From positions 159,615-223,614 of the forward strand of contig DASZTF010000044.1 of assembly GCA_035548315.1 (NCBI GenBank): 64,000 bases of DNA. The letters run 5' to 3'. The notes beneath the pieces were generated by a model that saw only the letters and a program-made list of their open reading frames with translations, searched no databases and had not been told where the DNA came from. The position numbers and the translations under genes were made by a program. This DNA comes from Minisyncoccota bacterium (GTDB lineage Bacteria; Patescibacteriota; Minisyncoccia; Phycocordibacterales; Phycocordibacteraceae). Below are positions 1 through 9,487 of the stretch, one piece after another (positions within the stretch are counted from its first letter, which is position 1; every line of letters starts with the position of its first letter).

Positions 1-36
1 CGCGCCCGAATCGCTCGGAAGCAAAGGATCAGCCAT
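1..36 (-). CDS. 5' end of an unknown gene running off the window (MADPLLPSDSGA...)
   Basis: ATG at 36 with a TATACT -10 box 7 nt upstream (44-49); only 12 codons are visible. Confidence 0.45.
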   Translation of the reverse strand, partial: MADPLLPSDSGA

Positions 37-59
37 TGATTCCAGTATACGATATGCAA

Positions 60-455
60 CTAAAGCCCTTTGCAGTTACTCGCAGGTTGGTACCCCGCCG
101 CCTCCGCCGCTTCGCGCGTGGGGAACCACACTTTGTTCTCGTCCTTGATGAGCTTCACCGTGCCGCACCAGGGCAGGTAGTACTTACTGCCCGTTTTTGA
201 GGCAACGACTTCCCCACCTGCCGGAAGCGTCGTAGTGACAGGTGCCGCGGCCGCAGCGGCAGCGGTCATAAAGTCGGGGGTCGTGGTGCCGAGCTGGGTG
301 ATAGCCACCCCTCCCCCACCCTGGCTCCTGCCCTCCAAATAACCGAGGCCAAAGGCCGCCGTAGAGGCTAAAAGCACGATAGCGGCCCAGATATAGGCCG
401 GAGGGACCCGCTCCATGGCGGTCTTGCTGCGAGCTGCGAGCTCTGGTATACTCAT
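60..455 (-). CDS. Membrane-anchored protein with C-terminal Ada-like metal-binding domain
   Basis: N-terminal TM helix; C-terminal VASKTGSKYYLPWC...FPTREAAEAAGYQPASNC resembles the Ada Zn-binding-type domain; start moved to ATG 455. Confidence 0.7.
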   Translation of the reverse strand: MSIPELAARSKTAMERVPPAYIWAAIVLLASTAAFGLGYLEGRSQGGGGVAITQLGTTTPDFMTAAAAAAAPVTTTLPAGGEVVASKTGSKYYLPWCGTVKLIKDENKVWFPTREAAEAAGYQPASNCKGL

Positions 456-476
456 CCTCACTAACAGCATACCACT

Positions 477-749
477 ATGGCATCAACTAAAGCCGGCGGA
501 TCAACAAAGAACCTGCGCGACTCTAATCCGAAGTACCTCGGCGTGAAAATCGCTGACGGCGGAAAGGCCGCTCCGGGTCAGATCATCGTCCGCCAGCGCG
601 GCACCAAGATCGAGGCAGGTAAGAACGTGCGCGTAGGTCGCGATCACACGCTCTACGCATCGGCTGCGGGCACGGTCACGTTCCGCGAGCGCCGCAAGAC
701 CAGCTTCGACGGCAGCGTAAAGCGCAAGAAAGTCGTCGACGTCGCGTAA
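477..749 (+). CDS. rpmA: 50S ribosomal protein L27
   Basis: [16 protein letters not shown]...LGVK...IIVRQRGTK...GRDHTLYA. Confidence 0.98.
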   Translation: MASTKAGGSTKNLRDSNPKYLGVKIADGGKAAPGQIIVRQRGTKIEAGKNVRVGRDHTLYASAAGTVTFRERRKTSFDGSVKRKKVVDVA

Positions 750-756
750 GCACGTC

Positions 757-793
757 AAAAGAAAAACCCCGCTGAGTGCGGGGTTTTTCTTTT
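757..793. terminator. Bidirectional intrinsic terminator between convergent rpmA and rplI
   Basis: AAAAGAAAAACCCCGC-TGAGT-GCGGGGTTTTTCTTTT perfect inverted repeat with A/T tails. Confidence 0.9.
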
Positions 794-808
794 CAGGCAT
801 CTGCCTAC

Positions 809-1234
809 CTACTCGGCGACGACTTCGAGGGTGAATGCACCCGAGTCATCACCAAATGAGACCGGGATCTCATGGGCGCCGATCTCTTTGATCGGGCGGT
901 CGAGGTCGATCGCGTCCTCGGGGACACCTGCCGCAGCGGCGATTTCTGCCACGGTGACGGCATCGTAGAGGTGTCCTTGCTCGTTCGCCTTCTTCTTCAC
1001 GGTCGGCTTCTCGCTCGCAAGCGCCTGGAGGCGGTCAGCGACTGCCTGGGCGCGCTTTGCGCGGTCCGCGGCGGATGCTGCGAGGCGGCCCTCAGCGACC
1101 TTGCGTGCAGCCGGGGTGGCTACTACCGCCATTTTCTTGGGGATGAGGAAGTTGAGCGCGTGCCCGTCAGCGACCTCCACGACCTCGTGGGCGCGCCCGG
1201 TATTCTTCACGTCTTTCGTGAGTACGACTTTCAT
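809..1234 (-). CDS. rplI: 50S ribosomal protein L9
   Basis: MKVVLTKDVKNTG...VEVADGHALNFLIPKKMA; C-terminal PIKEIGAHEI. Confidence 0.96.
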   Translation of the reverse strand: MKVVLTKDVKNTGRAHEVVEVADGHALNFLIPKKMAVVATPAARKVAEGRLAASAADRAKRAQAVADRLQALASEKPTVKKKANEQGHLYDAVTVAEIAAAAGVPEDAIDLDRPIKEIGAHEIPVSFGDDSGAFTLEVVAE

Positions 1235-1269
1235 ATATAGATTTGACTAAGTAGGCCTATCCTAGCGTT

Positions 1270-2535
1270 CTAGCGACCCGAGGTCAAGAACTGCACGGCG
1301 CGCTGGTATTGGGTGTCGTCGGCGCTGTCGGGAGTGATCTGTGTCGTGGAGGTAGCAAGCGTGGACTGGATGTCCGGCGTGAGGCCGCCGTCCGAGATGT
1401 TCTTGCCGCTTGGGGTGAGCCAGCGGGCCACGGTCACCTTCAGTGATCCCCCATCGATGTCGATGAGCTGCTGGACCGAACCCTTACCGAATGAGCGTGT
1501 GCCCACGAGCGTCGCCGCGTGATTATCCTGAAGCGCACCGGAAAGGATCTCCGATGCCGATGCCGAGCCCTGGTCGATGAGTACCACCACTTTCGTCCCG
1601 GTGGGAAGTCCGCCGGTGCCCGCGCTCGTATGCACATCGTTCTCGGCATTGCCTTCGTAATCTTCCGTCACGACCGTGGTGCCCTTCGGGAGGAAATGGC
1701 TTGCAATAGATACTGCCGCGTCGAGATACCCGCCCGGATTACCACGCAGATCGATGATGAGTTTGGTCGCGCCCGATTTCTCAAAGTCGGCAAACGCGGT
1801 GTCAAAAAGCTGCGCCGAATTGGCCGTGAATTCATAAAGCGCAATGGTATAGACACCAGTCGCACTGTCGTAGTGGTTATCGATTTCCGGCACCTGGATT
1901 GTGTCGCGCACCACAGGAATGGTGATTAGGCTGCCGTCACGAGCGACGACGAACGTGACGGTGGTGCCCTTGGGGCCGCGGATCGCCTGCACCGCTTCGT
2001 CGGTCGTCATGCCGTCGGTTGATTTACCATCGATAGAAGCGATCTGGTCTCCCGATTTCATGCCCGCGCGCTCAGCGGGAGTGTCCTTGAGCGGAGCGAT
2101 CACGGTGAGGATGCCATCCTTATCCACGCCGATCTCGATGCCGACGCCACTGAAATTACCGGAGATGTTATCGGCGAACACTTTTGCCTCCGCCGGTGGC
2201 ATGAATACCGTATAGGGATCGCCATACGCCGCGGTAAGGCCCTGGATAGCGCCCCAGACTTTCTCTTGGGTCGTGGGGATCGTGGTCGACGCATGCGTCT
2301 TTACGTAATTCTCGTCGAGCGCATTCCACGCCTTCCAGAAATCGGTGAGATCAGCGCTCGCGTCGGGGGTCGCGTCGAGTCCGTCGCCCAAGAGTGGGAC
2401 ATTCGCAAGTACGCTCGAACCGCTGTGTCCACCCACGAAGAGTCCGCCGACGAAAAATACGACCGCGACGAGTGCATACGTGATCGCGCTTTTCATGGAC
2501 AGCGCCGGCTGCCCGCCCTGCTCCTCGTCAAACAT
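1270..2535 (-). CDS. Carboxyl-terminal processing protease, S41 family (PDZ + peptidase)
   Basis: GDPYT, PDZ GVGIEIG, IDLRGNPGG, SASASEI, SFGKGSVQ motifs; N-terminal TM; start ATG 2535. Confidence 0.95.
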   Translation of the reverse strand: MFDEEQGGQPALSMKSAITYALVAVVFFVGGLFVGGHSGSSVLANVPLLGDGLDATPDASADLTDFWKAWNALDENYVKTHASTTIPTTQEKVWGAIQGLTAAYGDPYTVFMPPAEAKVFADNISGNFSGVGIEIGVDKDGILTVIAPLKDTPAERAGMKSGDQIASIDGKSTDGMTTDEAVQAIRGPKGTTVTFVVARDGSLITIPVVRDTIQVPEIDNHYDSATGVYTIALYEFTANSAQLFDTAFADFEKSGATKLIIDLRGNPGGYLDAAVSIASHFLPKGTTVVTEDYEGNAENDVHTSAGTGGLPTGTKVVVLIDQGSASASEILSGALQDNHAATLVGTRSFGKGSVQQLIDIDGGSLKVTVARWLTPSGKNISDGGLTPDIQSTLATSTTQITPDSADDTQYQRAVQFLTSGR

Positions 2536-2591
2536 TGCAGTTATTCTATCACACGCGTATGGCACGGATGTGCGCGCGGTATACTACGAGC

Positions 2592-3509
2592 ATGGTACTT
2601 CGTCATGTGCGCGGTGGCATCACCTGGATCGACATCGAATCGCCGGATCAGTCCGAGCTTGAGAATGTATTGCACGAATTTGACATCGATCCGCGCATCG
2701 AAGACGAAATTATTTCTCCCACGCCCTACCCGCTCTTTATCCCATTTACGGATTACGTCTACCTGGTGCTCCATTTCCCGACCGCGCTTCCTGAAGGCGG
2801 TACCAAGAATCAGGAAATGGACTTTATCGTGGGTAAGAATTTCATCATCACCGCCCGATACGAAGTCATCGACCCCATTCACAATCTCCACAAGGTATTT
2901 GAAGCCGAGGAGTTGCTCGGCATCCCGAAAAATGAGGTGAAGGCAGCCACGCTCCTCGAGCGGATTTTCCGCCGGCTCTACGGCGCGCTCGGCCAGGAAG
3001 TCGAGAGTGCGGCGCGCCAGCTCGAGCGTATCGAACGCGACATCTTTGCGGGCCGCGAGCGTGCTACCGTGCGCGCCATTTCCGAGGTCGGCCGCATGCT
3101 GCTGCGCTTTGATACCACACTCGCACGGCATGCCGAACCCCTTTCCGCATTCATCGACGAGCTTTCCGATCCGCGCTTTTTCGGCAAGAACTTCAATGAG
3201 CACGGCGCACACATCCGCGCCGAACGCGAGCACGCGGTGAACCTCATCGCCTCCTACCGCGCGGTGACTACCGAGCTCCGCGATACGAACGATTCCCTTC
3301 TCTCCACTTCCCAGAACGAAGTCATGAAGACCCTCACGGTGGTGACCTTCATCGTCTTCCCACTCTCGCTTATCGCCGCGCTCTTCCAGATGAATGTGCC
3401 GGGCGCGCCGCTCATGGACAATCCGCACGCATTCTGGATCGTCATCAGTCTCATGGTGTGTCTCTCGGGGCTCCTCGCGTGGTTCACCATTCACCGCAAG
3501 TGGCTGTAG
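2592..3509 (+). CDS. CorA-family divalent cation transporter
   Basis: WIDIESP N-terminus, NEVMKTLTVV...FQMNV (GMN-like motif as QMN), two C-terminal TM helices. Confidence 0.9.
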   Translation: MVLRHVRGGITWIDIESPDQSELENVLHEFDIDPRIEDEIISPTPYPLFIPFTDYVYLVLHFPTALPEGGTKNQEMDFIVGKNFIITARYEVIDPIHNLHKVFEAEELLGIPKNEVKAATLLERIFRRLYGALGQEVESAARQLERIERDIFAGRERATVRAISEVGRMLLRFDTTLARHAEPLSAFIDELSDPRFFGKNFNEHGAHIRAEREHAVNLIASYRAVTTELRDTNDSLLSTSQNEVMKTLTVVTFIVFPLSLIAALFQMNVPGAPLMDNPHAFWIVISLMVCLSGLLAWFTIHRKWL

Positions 3510-3518
3510 AATAGGGAC

Positions 3519-4961
3519 ATGTGGCCCTTCACGCATAGGCGCGAGCTCACCGACTCTGCTGCCCCCATTTTCTTTACCAATACGATGACTGGGAAGAAGG
3601 ACCTGTTCATCTCGCTTAAGCCGGGAGTGGTCTCCATGTATTCTTGCGGCCCCACTGTTTACAGCCGTGCGCACATCGGGAATATGCGCGCCTACATTTT
3701 CTCCGACACCATTGCGCGCGTGCTCATACAGGCGGGCTACCATGTGCGCCGCGTGATCAATATCACCGACGTCGGCCACCTCGTGGGTGACGGCGACCAT
3801 GGCGAAGACAAGATGGCCAAGGGCGCGCGCGAAGAGCAAAAGTCGCCCGCAGAAATCGCGAGCCACTACGCCAAGCTTTTTATCGAGGATCTTGCTGCGC
3901 TCAATGTGGACACAGATGCCATCCTCTTTCCCCGCGCGACGGAATATATAAAGGAGCAGATCGCGATGGTGAAGACGCTCGAGGAACGCGGCTTCGCCTA
4001 TCGCGCCGAGGACGGTATCTATTTTGATACCGGCAAGTTCCCCAACTACGGCCGCCTGGGTGGTGCGAACCGTGCGGAGCTCCTCCCCGGCGCGCGTATC
4101 GAGAAAATCCGTGGGAAAAAAAGCGGCACCGATTTCGTCCTCTGGCGCGATGCGAAGCCCGATGACCTCCAGCAGTGGGACTCGCCCTGGGGCCGCGGCA
4201 ACCCCGGCTGGCACATCGAGTGCTCCGCCATGATCAAGTCGGTGCTCGGCACCGAGATCGACATCCACACGGGCGGCATGGATCACATCCCCACGCACCA
4301 CAATAATGAAATCGCGCAGTCAGAAGCAGTGAATGATCGCCCGCTTGCGCGCTACTGGATTCATGAGGCGTTCCTCACCGTGGGCACGGACAAAATCTCC
4401 AAGTCGCTCCAGAACGACGTCTACATTTCTGAAATTGCGCAGAAGGGATTCGACCCGCTTGCGCTGCGGTACCTATTCCTCCAAGCGCACTACCGCACCC
4501 CGCTTTCTTTCAGCTGGGACTCACTCGCCGCCGCGCATGAATCATTGCGGCGTCTGCGCCGCATCGCGGGTGAAGTGCGCGCCGAATCGGGCGGTACCGC
4601 AGAAGACTCAGAAGAGCGTGATCGTTTTATCTCGCACGTGCGGGACGATCTCGGGACGCCCCAAGCGCTTGCCATACTTTCCACAACGCTCCGCGAAGAA
4701 GAACTCTCGCCCGGCGAGAAGTGGGGCCTCATCGAGGCCGCCGATGCCCTGCTTGGCCTGCGGCTCGCAGAAGGCAATGAAGCACCCCCTGCCCTGGCGA
4801 GCTTGCCCCAGGACATCCAGAAGCTCGTATTTGAGCGGGATATGGCCCGGAGCGGTGGGGATTTCGCCCGTGCGGACGCCCTCCGTTATGAACTCCAGGG
4901 CCGGGGATATCGTGTGGAAGACGGGCCAAACGGGACGCTACTCACGAAAGACGCACGGTGA
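3519..4961 (+). CDS. cysS: Cysteine--tRNA ligase
   Basis: YSCGPTVY, HIGN, PGWHIECSAM, HHNNEIAQSE, KISKS. Confidence 0.98.
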   Translation: MWPFTHRRELTDSAAPIFFTNTMTGKKDLFISLKPGVVSMYSCGPTVYSRAHIGNMRAYIFSDTIARVLIQAGYHVRRVINITDVGHLVGDGDHGEDKMAKGAREEQKSPAEIASHYAKLFIEDLAALNVDTDAILFPRATEYIKEQIAMVKTLEERGFAYRAEDGIYFDTGKFPNYGRLGGANRAELLPGARIEKIRGKKSGTDFVLWRDAKPDDLQQWDSPWGRGNPGWHIECSAMIKSVLGTEIDIHTGGMDHIPTHHNNEIAQSEAVNDRPLARYWIHEAFLTVGTDKISKSLQNDVYISEIAQKGFDPLALRYLFLQAHYRTPLSFSWDSLAAAHESLRRLRRIAGEVRAESGGTAEDSEERDRFISHVRDDLGTPQALAILSTTLREEELSPGEKWGLIEAADALLGLRLAEGNEAPPALASLPQDIQKLVFERDMARSGGDFARADALRYELQGRGYRVEDGPNGTLLTKDAR

Positions 4962-4973
4962 TACGATTGGGTG

Positions 4974-6338
4974 ATGGCTAGCGATCCCGTCACCCGCATA
5001 CCGCCCCAGAGTCTCGAGTCTGAGCGGGCGCTCCTCGGCGCACTCCTCCTCAAGCCCGATGCGCTCCACGATGTGGCGGACACGATCCGAGCAGACTCTT
5101 TTTATGCAGAGAAGCACAGGATCATTTTCGAGACGATGCTCGAGCTCTCCAACAAGGGCGAGCCAATAGACCTGCTCACCATGGGCGTGCTGCTCGAAGG
5201 CAAGGGACTCCTCGAACGCGCGGGCACCAAGTCGTACCTCGCGGAGCTCGTGTCTGCGACGCCATCACCGGGTAACTACGCACACTACGCGGACCTGGTC
5301 TCGCGTAAGCATGTGATGCGCTCCTTGATCGACGCTGCGTATGAAATTACCGAGAATGCGTACGACGAGTCGAAAGACACGCACGAAGTGCTCGACCATG
5401 CAGAGAAATCCGTGTACGCAATCGGAAACGCTTCTGCAGTGCACAAATTTATTGCTGTGTCGGAGAAAGTAGAATCCGCCTGGGAACGCATCGAGAACCT
5501 TTCTAAAAATAAGGATGCGATCCGCGGCGTCCCGACTGGGTTCCCCGACCTCGACAACCTGCTCTCGGGCCTCCACCCGTCTGACCTCGTGATCCTCGCA
5601 GCGCGCCCGTCGGTCGGTAAGTCGTCGCTCATGCTCGACATCGCGCGCAACGCCGCAGTAAAGCACAACATCCCCGTGGGCATCTTCAGTCTGGAAATGA
5701 GCTCCGAGCAGCTCGTGGACCGTATGCTCGCCGCCGAGTCGCATGTGAACGCGTGGAAAATCCGCACCGGCGCGGTGCACGCCGAGGAGGACTTCGGCAA
5801 GATCCGCGACGCGCTCGAGACGCTTTCTAAGGCACCCATTTTCATCGACGACAAGCCGGGTAACAACATCCTCTCCATGCGCGCGGTGGCGCGCCGTTTG
5901 AAGCGCGAGCGCGGCATCGGTCTCATCATCGTGGACTACCTCCAGCTCATGGCGCCTACCAATACAAAAGCATCCGATTCCATGGTGCAGCAGGTCACAG
6001 AAATCTCGCGCTCGCTCAAACAGCTCGCGCGCGAACTCGATGTGCCGGTGCTCGCGCTCTCGCAGCTTTCGCGCGCGGTCGAGCAGCGCGGTGGCAAGCC
6101 ACGTCTCTCCGACCTGCGCGACTCGGGCTCTATCGAGCAGGACGCCGACGTGGTGATGTTCATCCACCGCGATGACAAAGTGAACGCCGAGAGCGACAAG
6201 CCGAACATCGTGGAGATCTTGGTCGAGAAGCATCGCAACGGGCCCACGGGTAAGGTCGACCTCTATTTCGATCAGAAACGCACGTCCTACCTCCCCGTCG
6301 ATAAGTCTGGCTATGGTGAGTTCGCGAACGAGTTTTAA
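4974..6338 (+). CDS. dnaB: Replicative DNA helicase
   Basis: PPQSLESE, AARPSVGKS Walker A, IIVDYLQL, LSQLSRAVE, DLRDSGSIEQDAD. Confidence 0.98.
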   Translation: MASDPVTRIPPQSLESERALLGALLLKPDALHDVADTIRADSFYAEKHRIIFETMLELSNKGEPIDLLTMGVLLEGKGLLERAGTKSYLAELVSATPSPGNYAHYADLVSRKHVMRSLIDAAYEITENAYDESKDTHEVLDHAEKSVYAIGNASAVHKFIAVSEKVESAWERIENLSKNKDAIRGVPTGFPDLDNLLSGLHPSDLVILAARPSVGKSSLMLDIARNAAVKHNIPVGIFSLEMSSEQLVDRMLAAESHVNAWKIRTGAVHAEEDFGKIRDALETLSKAPIFIDDKPGNNILSMRAVARRLKRERGIGLIIVDYLQLMAPTNTKASDSMVQQVTEISRSLKQLARELDVPVLALSQLSRAVEQRGGKPRLSDLRDSGSIEQDADVVMFIHRDDKVNAESDKPNIVEILVEKHRNGPTGKVDLYFDQKRTSYLPVDKSGYGEFANEF

Positions 6339-6340
6339 TC

Positions 6341-6946
6341 ATGAGGGATCAGATTGAGGAACTCTCGGCAGCGCTCGCTCGCTTCCCGGGCGTAGGTCCG
6401 CGTCAGGCGCGCCGGTTCGCGTACTACCTGCTTACCACCACGCAGGCGGAGCGCGCAAAGCTCGCAGCGCTCGTCGAGAGTATCGCCGATACGGTCCGCC
6501 AGTGCCGCGAGTGCTACCGATTTGCCGCTACCGATAAAGACGGCCGCTGCAATTACTGCGCCGATACCTCGCGCGATGATGCGCTCCTCATGATCGTGGA
6601 AAAGGACCAGGACCTCCTCGCGGTCGAGCGTGCGGGCACATACCGCGGCCGGTACTTCGTGCTCGGCGGTGTACTCACGCTCTCGGGTAAGGGCGCGATC
6701 CGTGAGAAGGAGCTTGGGAAAGCGGTCGGTATGCGGCTCGCGGCAGGGCTGAAAGAGATCGTGCTCGCACTCTCGGCCACGAGCGAGGGCGAACACACCG
6801 CTGACCGCGTGCGGGAACTCATCCTGCCCTACCGCGGTCGCGTGCAGGCCTCGACGCTCGGGCGTGGGCTCTCGACTGGAGCGGAATTGGAATACGCAGA
6901 TGCAGCAACGCTCGCGGGCGCGCTGCAGAACAGAAAGGAGACCTAA
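6341..6946 (+). CDS. recR: Recombination mediator RecR
   Basis: HhH FPGVGPRQARR, C4 zinc finger CREC...CNYC, Toprim EGEHTA, ELEYAD. Confidence 0.95.
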   Translation: MRDQIEELSAALARFPGVGPRQARRFAYYLLTTTQAERAKLAALVESIADTVRQCRECYRFAATDKDGRCNYCADTSRDDALLMIVEKDQDLLAVERAGTYRGRYFVLGGVLTLSGKGAIREKELGKAVGMRLAAGLKEIVLALSATSEGEHTADRVRELILPYRGRVQASTLGRGLSTGAELEYADAATLAGALQNRKET

Positions 6947-6948
6947 AT

Positions 6949-7095
6949 ATGCAAAAGCGCTACCGCTCCCACGAACTCCTCACCCACTTCCGCTGTCGCT
7001 CGTGTGATAAATGGTGGACGGTCGCGACCGCACCTAAGTCTAAAAAGCAGTGGTTCTGCACGTGGTGCGGGAAGGAGGTGAAGCATAAGAAATAA
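6949..7095 (+). CDS. 48-aa zinc-ribbon small protein (not in the ORF track)
   Basis: MQKRYRSHELLTHFRCRSCDKWWTVATAPKSKKQWFCTWCGKEVKHKK; two CxxC pairs; AAAGGAG SD 8 nt upstream. Confidence 0.8.
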   Translation: MQKRYRSHELLTHFRCRSCDKWWTVATAPKSKKQWFCTWCGKEVKHKK

Positions 7096-7175
7096 GTTGA
7101 CCCCGTGTGTCGTTTCCTTTTGAGGGGAAACAAACACGCGGGGCCATTCGCCGTTAGAGGAGGCTTCTGCGGCGA

Positions 7176-7496
7176 TTACGGGGTCGCGAGCTCCTTCCAT
7201 TTGAGCTCGACCCAGTGATTGAATGCGCGACCGGTGTGGCCGCCGTGAATCTCATCGACGGCGAAAAGCATGAAGCCGCCGAGAGCGAACGGGAAGCTGA
7301 GCGTGAGCGTGAGGCTCGCGAGCCCCATCACCATACCGGCATGAACGCCGTAGATGAATGAGAAGATCGCGAGCCCAAGCCCGATTGCGCGGTAGAGCGT
7401 CATGAGGCTCGGTTTCGGGCGTGCGCCGAGAAAGTACCCGGCGATTGCCGAAACCAGGACCGACCAGATGAGCCAGTCGTACAGAATGTGTTTCAT
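7176..7496 (-). CDS. Small multi-pass membrane protein, unknown function
   Basis: 106 aa with about 3 hydrophobic segments; G-rich SD and its own sigma70 promoter. Confidence 0.75.
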   Translation of the reverse strand: MKHILYDWLIWSVLVSAIAGYFLGARPKPSLMTLYRAIGLGLAIFSFIYGVHAGMVMGLASLTLTLSFPFALGGFMLFAVDEIHGGHTGRAFNHWVELKWKELATP

Positions 7497-7565
7497 ATTT
7501 CCCCCTTGCCTGGTACGCAGGCGGCTATGGCTTCCCTTACGGAAGGACCAATTTACTACCCGGTA

Positions 7566-7595
7566 ATCATAACACTATTTAGGGGAAATTGTCAA
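7566..7595 (-). promoter_or_regulatory. Sigma70 promoter
   Basis: TTGACA-18 nt-TATGAT with TGn extension. Confidence 0.75.
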
Positions 7596-7621
7596 GACCC
7601 GCCTGCGACGGGTCTGTGGGG

Positions 7622-7939
7622 TTAGGCGACCTTGTCGATGGTGACCTTTACATACGGCTGGCGGTGGCCACGGCGCTTGAGGTAGCGGCTCTTGGCCTTA
7701 TATTTGACCACCTCGAGCTTCTTGGCCTTGCCCGAGCGTACTACTGTGCCGGTGACCTTGGCGCCGGAAATAGCCGGATTTCCGACCTTGGTAGCCTTGC
7801 CATCGTCGGTGAGAAGCACGGTGTCAAACGTGACCGCGTCGCCCTCGGCGACCTCCTTAGGAAGCTTCTCGATGTAAATAGCGTCGCCCTGCTTGACGAC
7901 GAACTGCTTGCCCCCGGTCTTGATGACTGCGATATCCAT
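7622..7939 (-). CDS. rplU: 50S ribosomal protein L21
   Basis: AVIKTGGKQF, GHRQPY. Confidence 0.97.
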   Translation of the reverse strand: MDIAVIKTGGKQFVVKQGDAIYIEKLPKEVAEGDAVTFDTVLLTDDGKATKVGNPAISGAKVTGTVVRSGKAKKLEVVKYKAKSRYLKRRGHRQPYVKVTIDKVA

Positions 7940-7979
7940 AGTCCCCCCAATTTAGCGGTTTCCTGGGCAAAAAGCAAGG

Positions 7980-9044
7980 CTAGGCCTCAAGCTCGAGTTG
8001 CGGCTTATCAAGTGCAAGCGCTTCCACGCCGATCTTCTCTCCCGAGATGCGGTATACGTCTTTATCAATCTTGGCGAGTTCTTTGTGGCCGGAGTTAAAG
8101 TGCGAGACGACGGTGCCGAGCGCATTCCCCATCTTGCCGTAGAAGGTGTTCATGGAGTCGATGTGCTTCCCGAGTTCCCCCACGCGCTTCTGGATTTCTT
8201 CTGCGCGCTGTTCGATCTTGAGTGCGTTCAAGCCGAGGAGAACCGTTTGGAGGTAGGCCAAGAACGACGTCGGCGAGACGATGATGACTTTATATTTAGA
8301 AGCTGCACGCTGGAGTAGGTTCTCGTCTTCTCCGGCACCCACCTGATTGGTGAGCAGGTCGTAATAAATGCCTTCGGACGGGATGAACATAAATGCGAAG
8401 TCGAGGGTGTTCTCTTCTGGGCGAATATATTTCGCGGTTTCAGTAATGCGCAGCTTCAAATCATTCACGAAGGTCTTCTCAATAGCCGCGCGCTCGGATG
8501 GCTCGCAGTGTATGAGGCGATTGTAGTTATCGAGCGAGAACTTGGAGTCCACGGGCACGACTTTCCCATTCACGAACACGGCCGCATCCACGATTTCCCC
8601 ATTTTTAAATGGGTACTGTATCTGGTACCCGTCGGGCGGCAGCACGTTTTTGAGTGTCGTCTCAAGATAGTATTCGCCGAGGATGCCGCGCTGTTTAGGA
8701 TTTTTCAAAATATCCTGAAGGTCTTTCAGCTCTTCTGCAAAGCTTTGCGTCTGCCGACTGATCTCTTTCACACTCGTGAGCTCTTCGGTGATCTCACGCA
8801 CGAGCTTCATCGATTCAGAAGACTGCTTGTACGCACTGTCCTGCATCTCCCTGCTCGACTTCGCTACCCGATCATCGAGCGTGCGCTCAAGGTTCTGGAG
8901 CTGCTGCTGCAGGAGCAGCAGGTCACTCCCCGCTCCCGCTTTTGGGTCGCTATCCTGTTTACGCTGGCGCGAGATGAGCCACAGCCCCACGCCCTGGACC
9001 ACCACAAGCACAATGATGAGGACGCCGATTTCCGTGATCGTCAT
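7980..9044 (-). CDS. rmuC: DNA recombination protein RmuC
   Basis: N-terminal TM and coiled coil, KQRGILGE, VDSKF, DFAFMFIPSEGIY, SPTSF; start ATG 9044. Confidence 0.93.
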   Translation of the reverse strand: MTITEIGVLIIVLVVVQGVGLWLISRQRKQDSDPKAGAGSDLLLLQQQLQNLERTLDDRVAKSSREMQDSAYKQSSESMKLVREITEELTSVKEISRQTQSFAEELKDLQDILKNPKQRGILGEYYLETTLKNVLPPDGYQIQYPFKNGEIVDAAVFVNGKVVPVDSKFSLDNYNRLIHCEPSERAAIEKTFVNDLKLRITETAKYIRPEENTLDFAFMFIPSEGIYYDLLTNQVGAGEDENLLQRAASKYKVIIVSPTSFLAYLQTVLLGLNALKIEQRAEEIQKRVGELGKHIDSMNTFYGKMGNALGTVVSHFNSGHKELAKIDKDVYRISGEKIGVEALALDKPQLELEA

Positions 9045-9117
9045 ACCGTAAGTATACCTTGTAAATGAAAAGGGCCCGGCTTTATTTTCCGGTGCCCTGT
9101 TCTCCCACCATACGGCT

Positions 9118-9375
9118 TTACAAAGCGGCAGAAACTCTGCCATTTGTGACGACGAACGCATTGCTGACGCGCAGATTCGAGGGAATTACTTCGAGTTCGA
9201 TCAGGAACGTGAACACCTCCTGCGTATCCCGCCGACGCACTGCAAGCAGCACGCGCCCGCCGATTTGGTCGATCCATGTCGGTTGTCCGACGAGGCAATA
9301 AGGAACACCTTCCTCGAGCTGGGACCATGGGTCCGTAGTAAAAGGAAGCGGCTTCAGTTTCGTGGCTGTACTCAA
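9118..9375 (-). CDS. Hypothetical protein
   Basis: 85-aa ORF, TTG start after GGGAGA, upstream TGGTATTAT -10. Confidence 0.5.
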   Translation of the reverse strand: MSTATKLKPLPFTTDPWSQLEEGVPYCLVGQPTWIDQIGGRVLLAVRRRDTQEVFTFLIELEVIPSNLRVSNAFVVTNGRVSAAL

Positions 9376-9487
9376 CGCAACTTCTCCCGGTGTTGGTGCG
9401 GTAGTCTTTACCGCACGTGTATAATACCATATTTATTAGGTATCGCAATGATTGCCTCGCGCACGGGGGTGCTATCATCAAACTCAT

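Noticed and set aside
6943-7200. 85-aa minus-strand ORF in the track
   Set aside because: Overlaps the better-supported plus-strand zinc-ribbon ORF and the hairpins at about 7100-7175.
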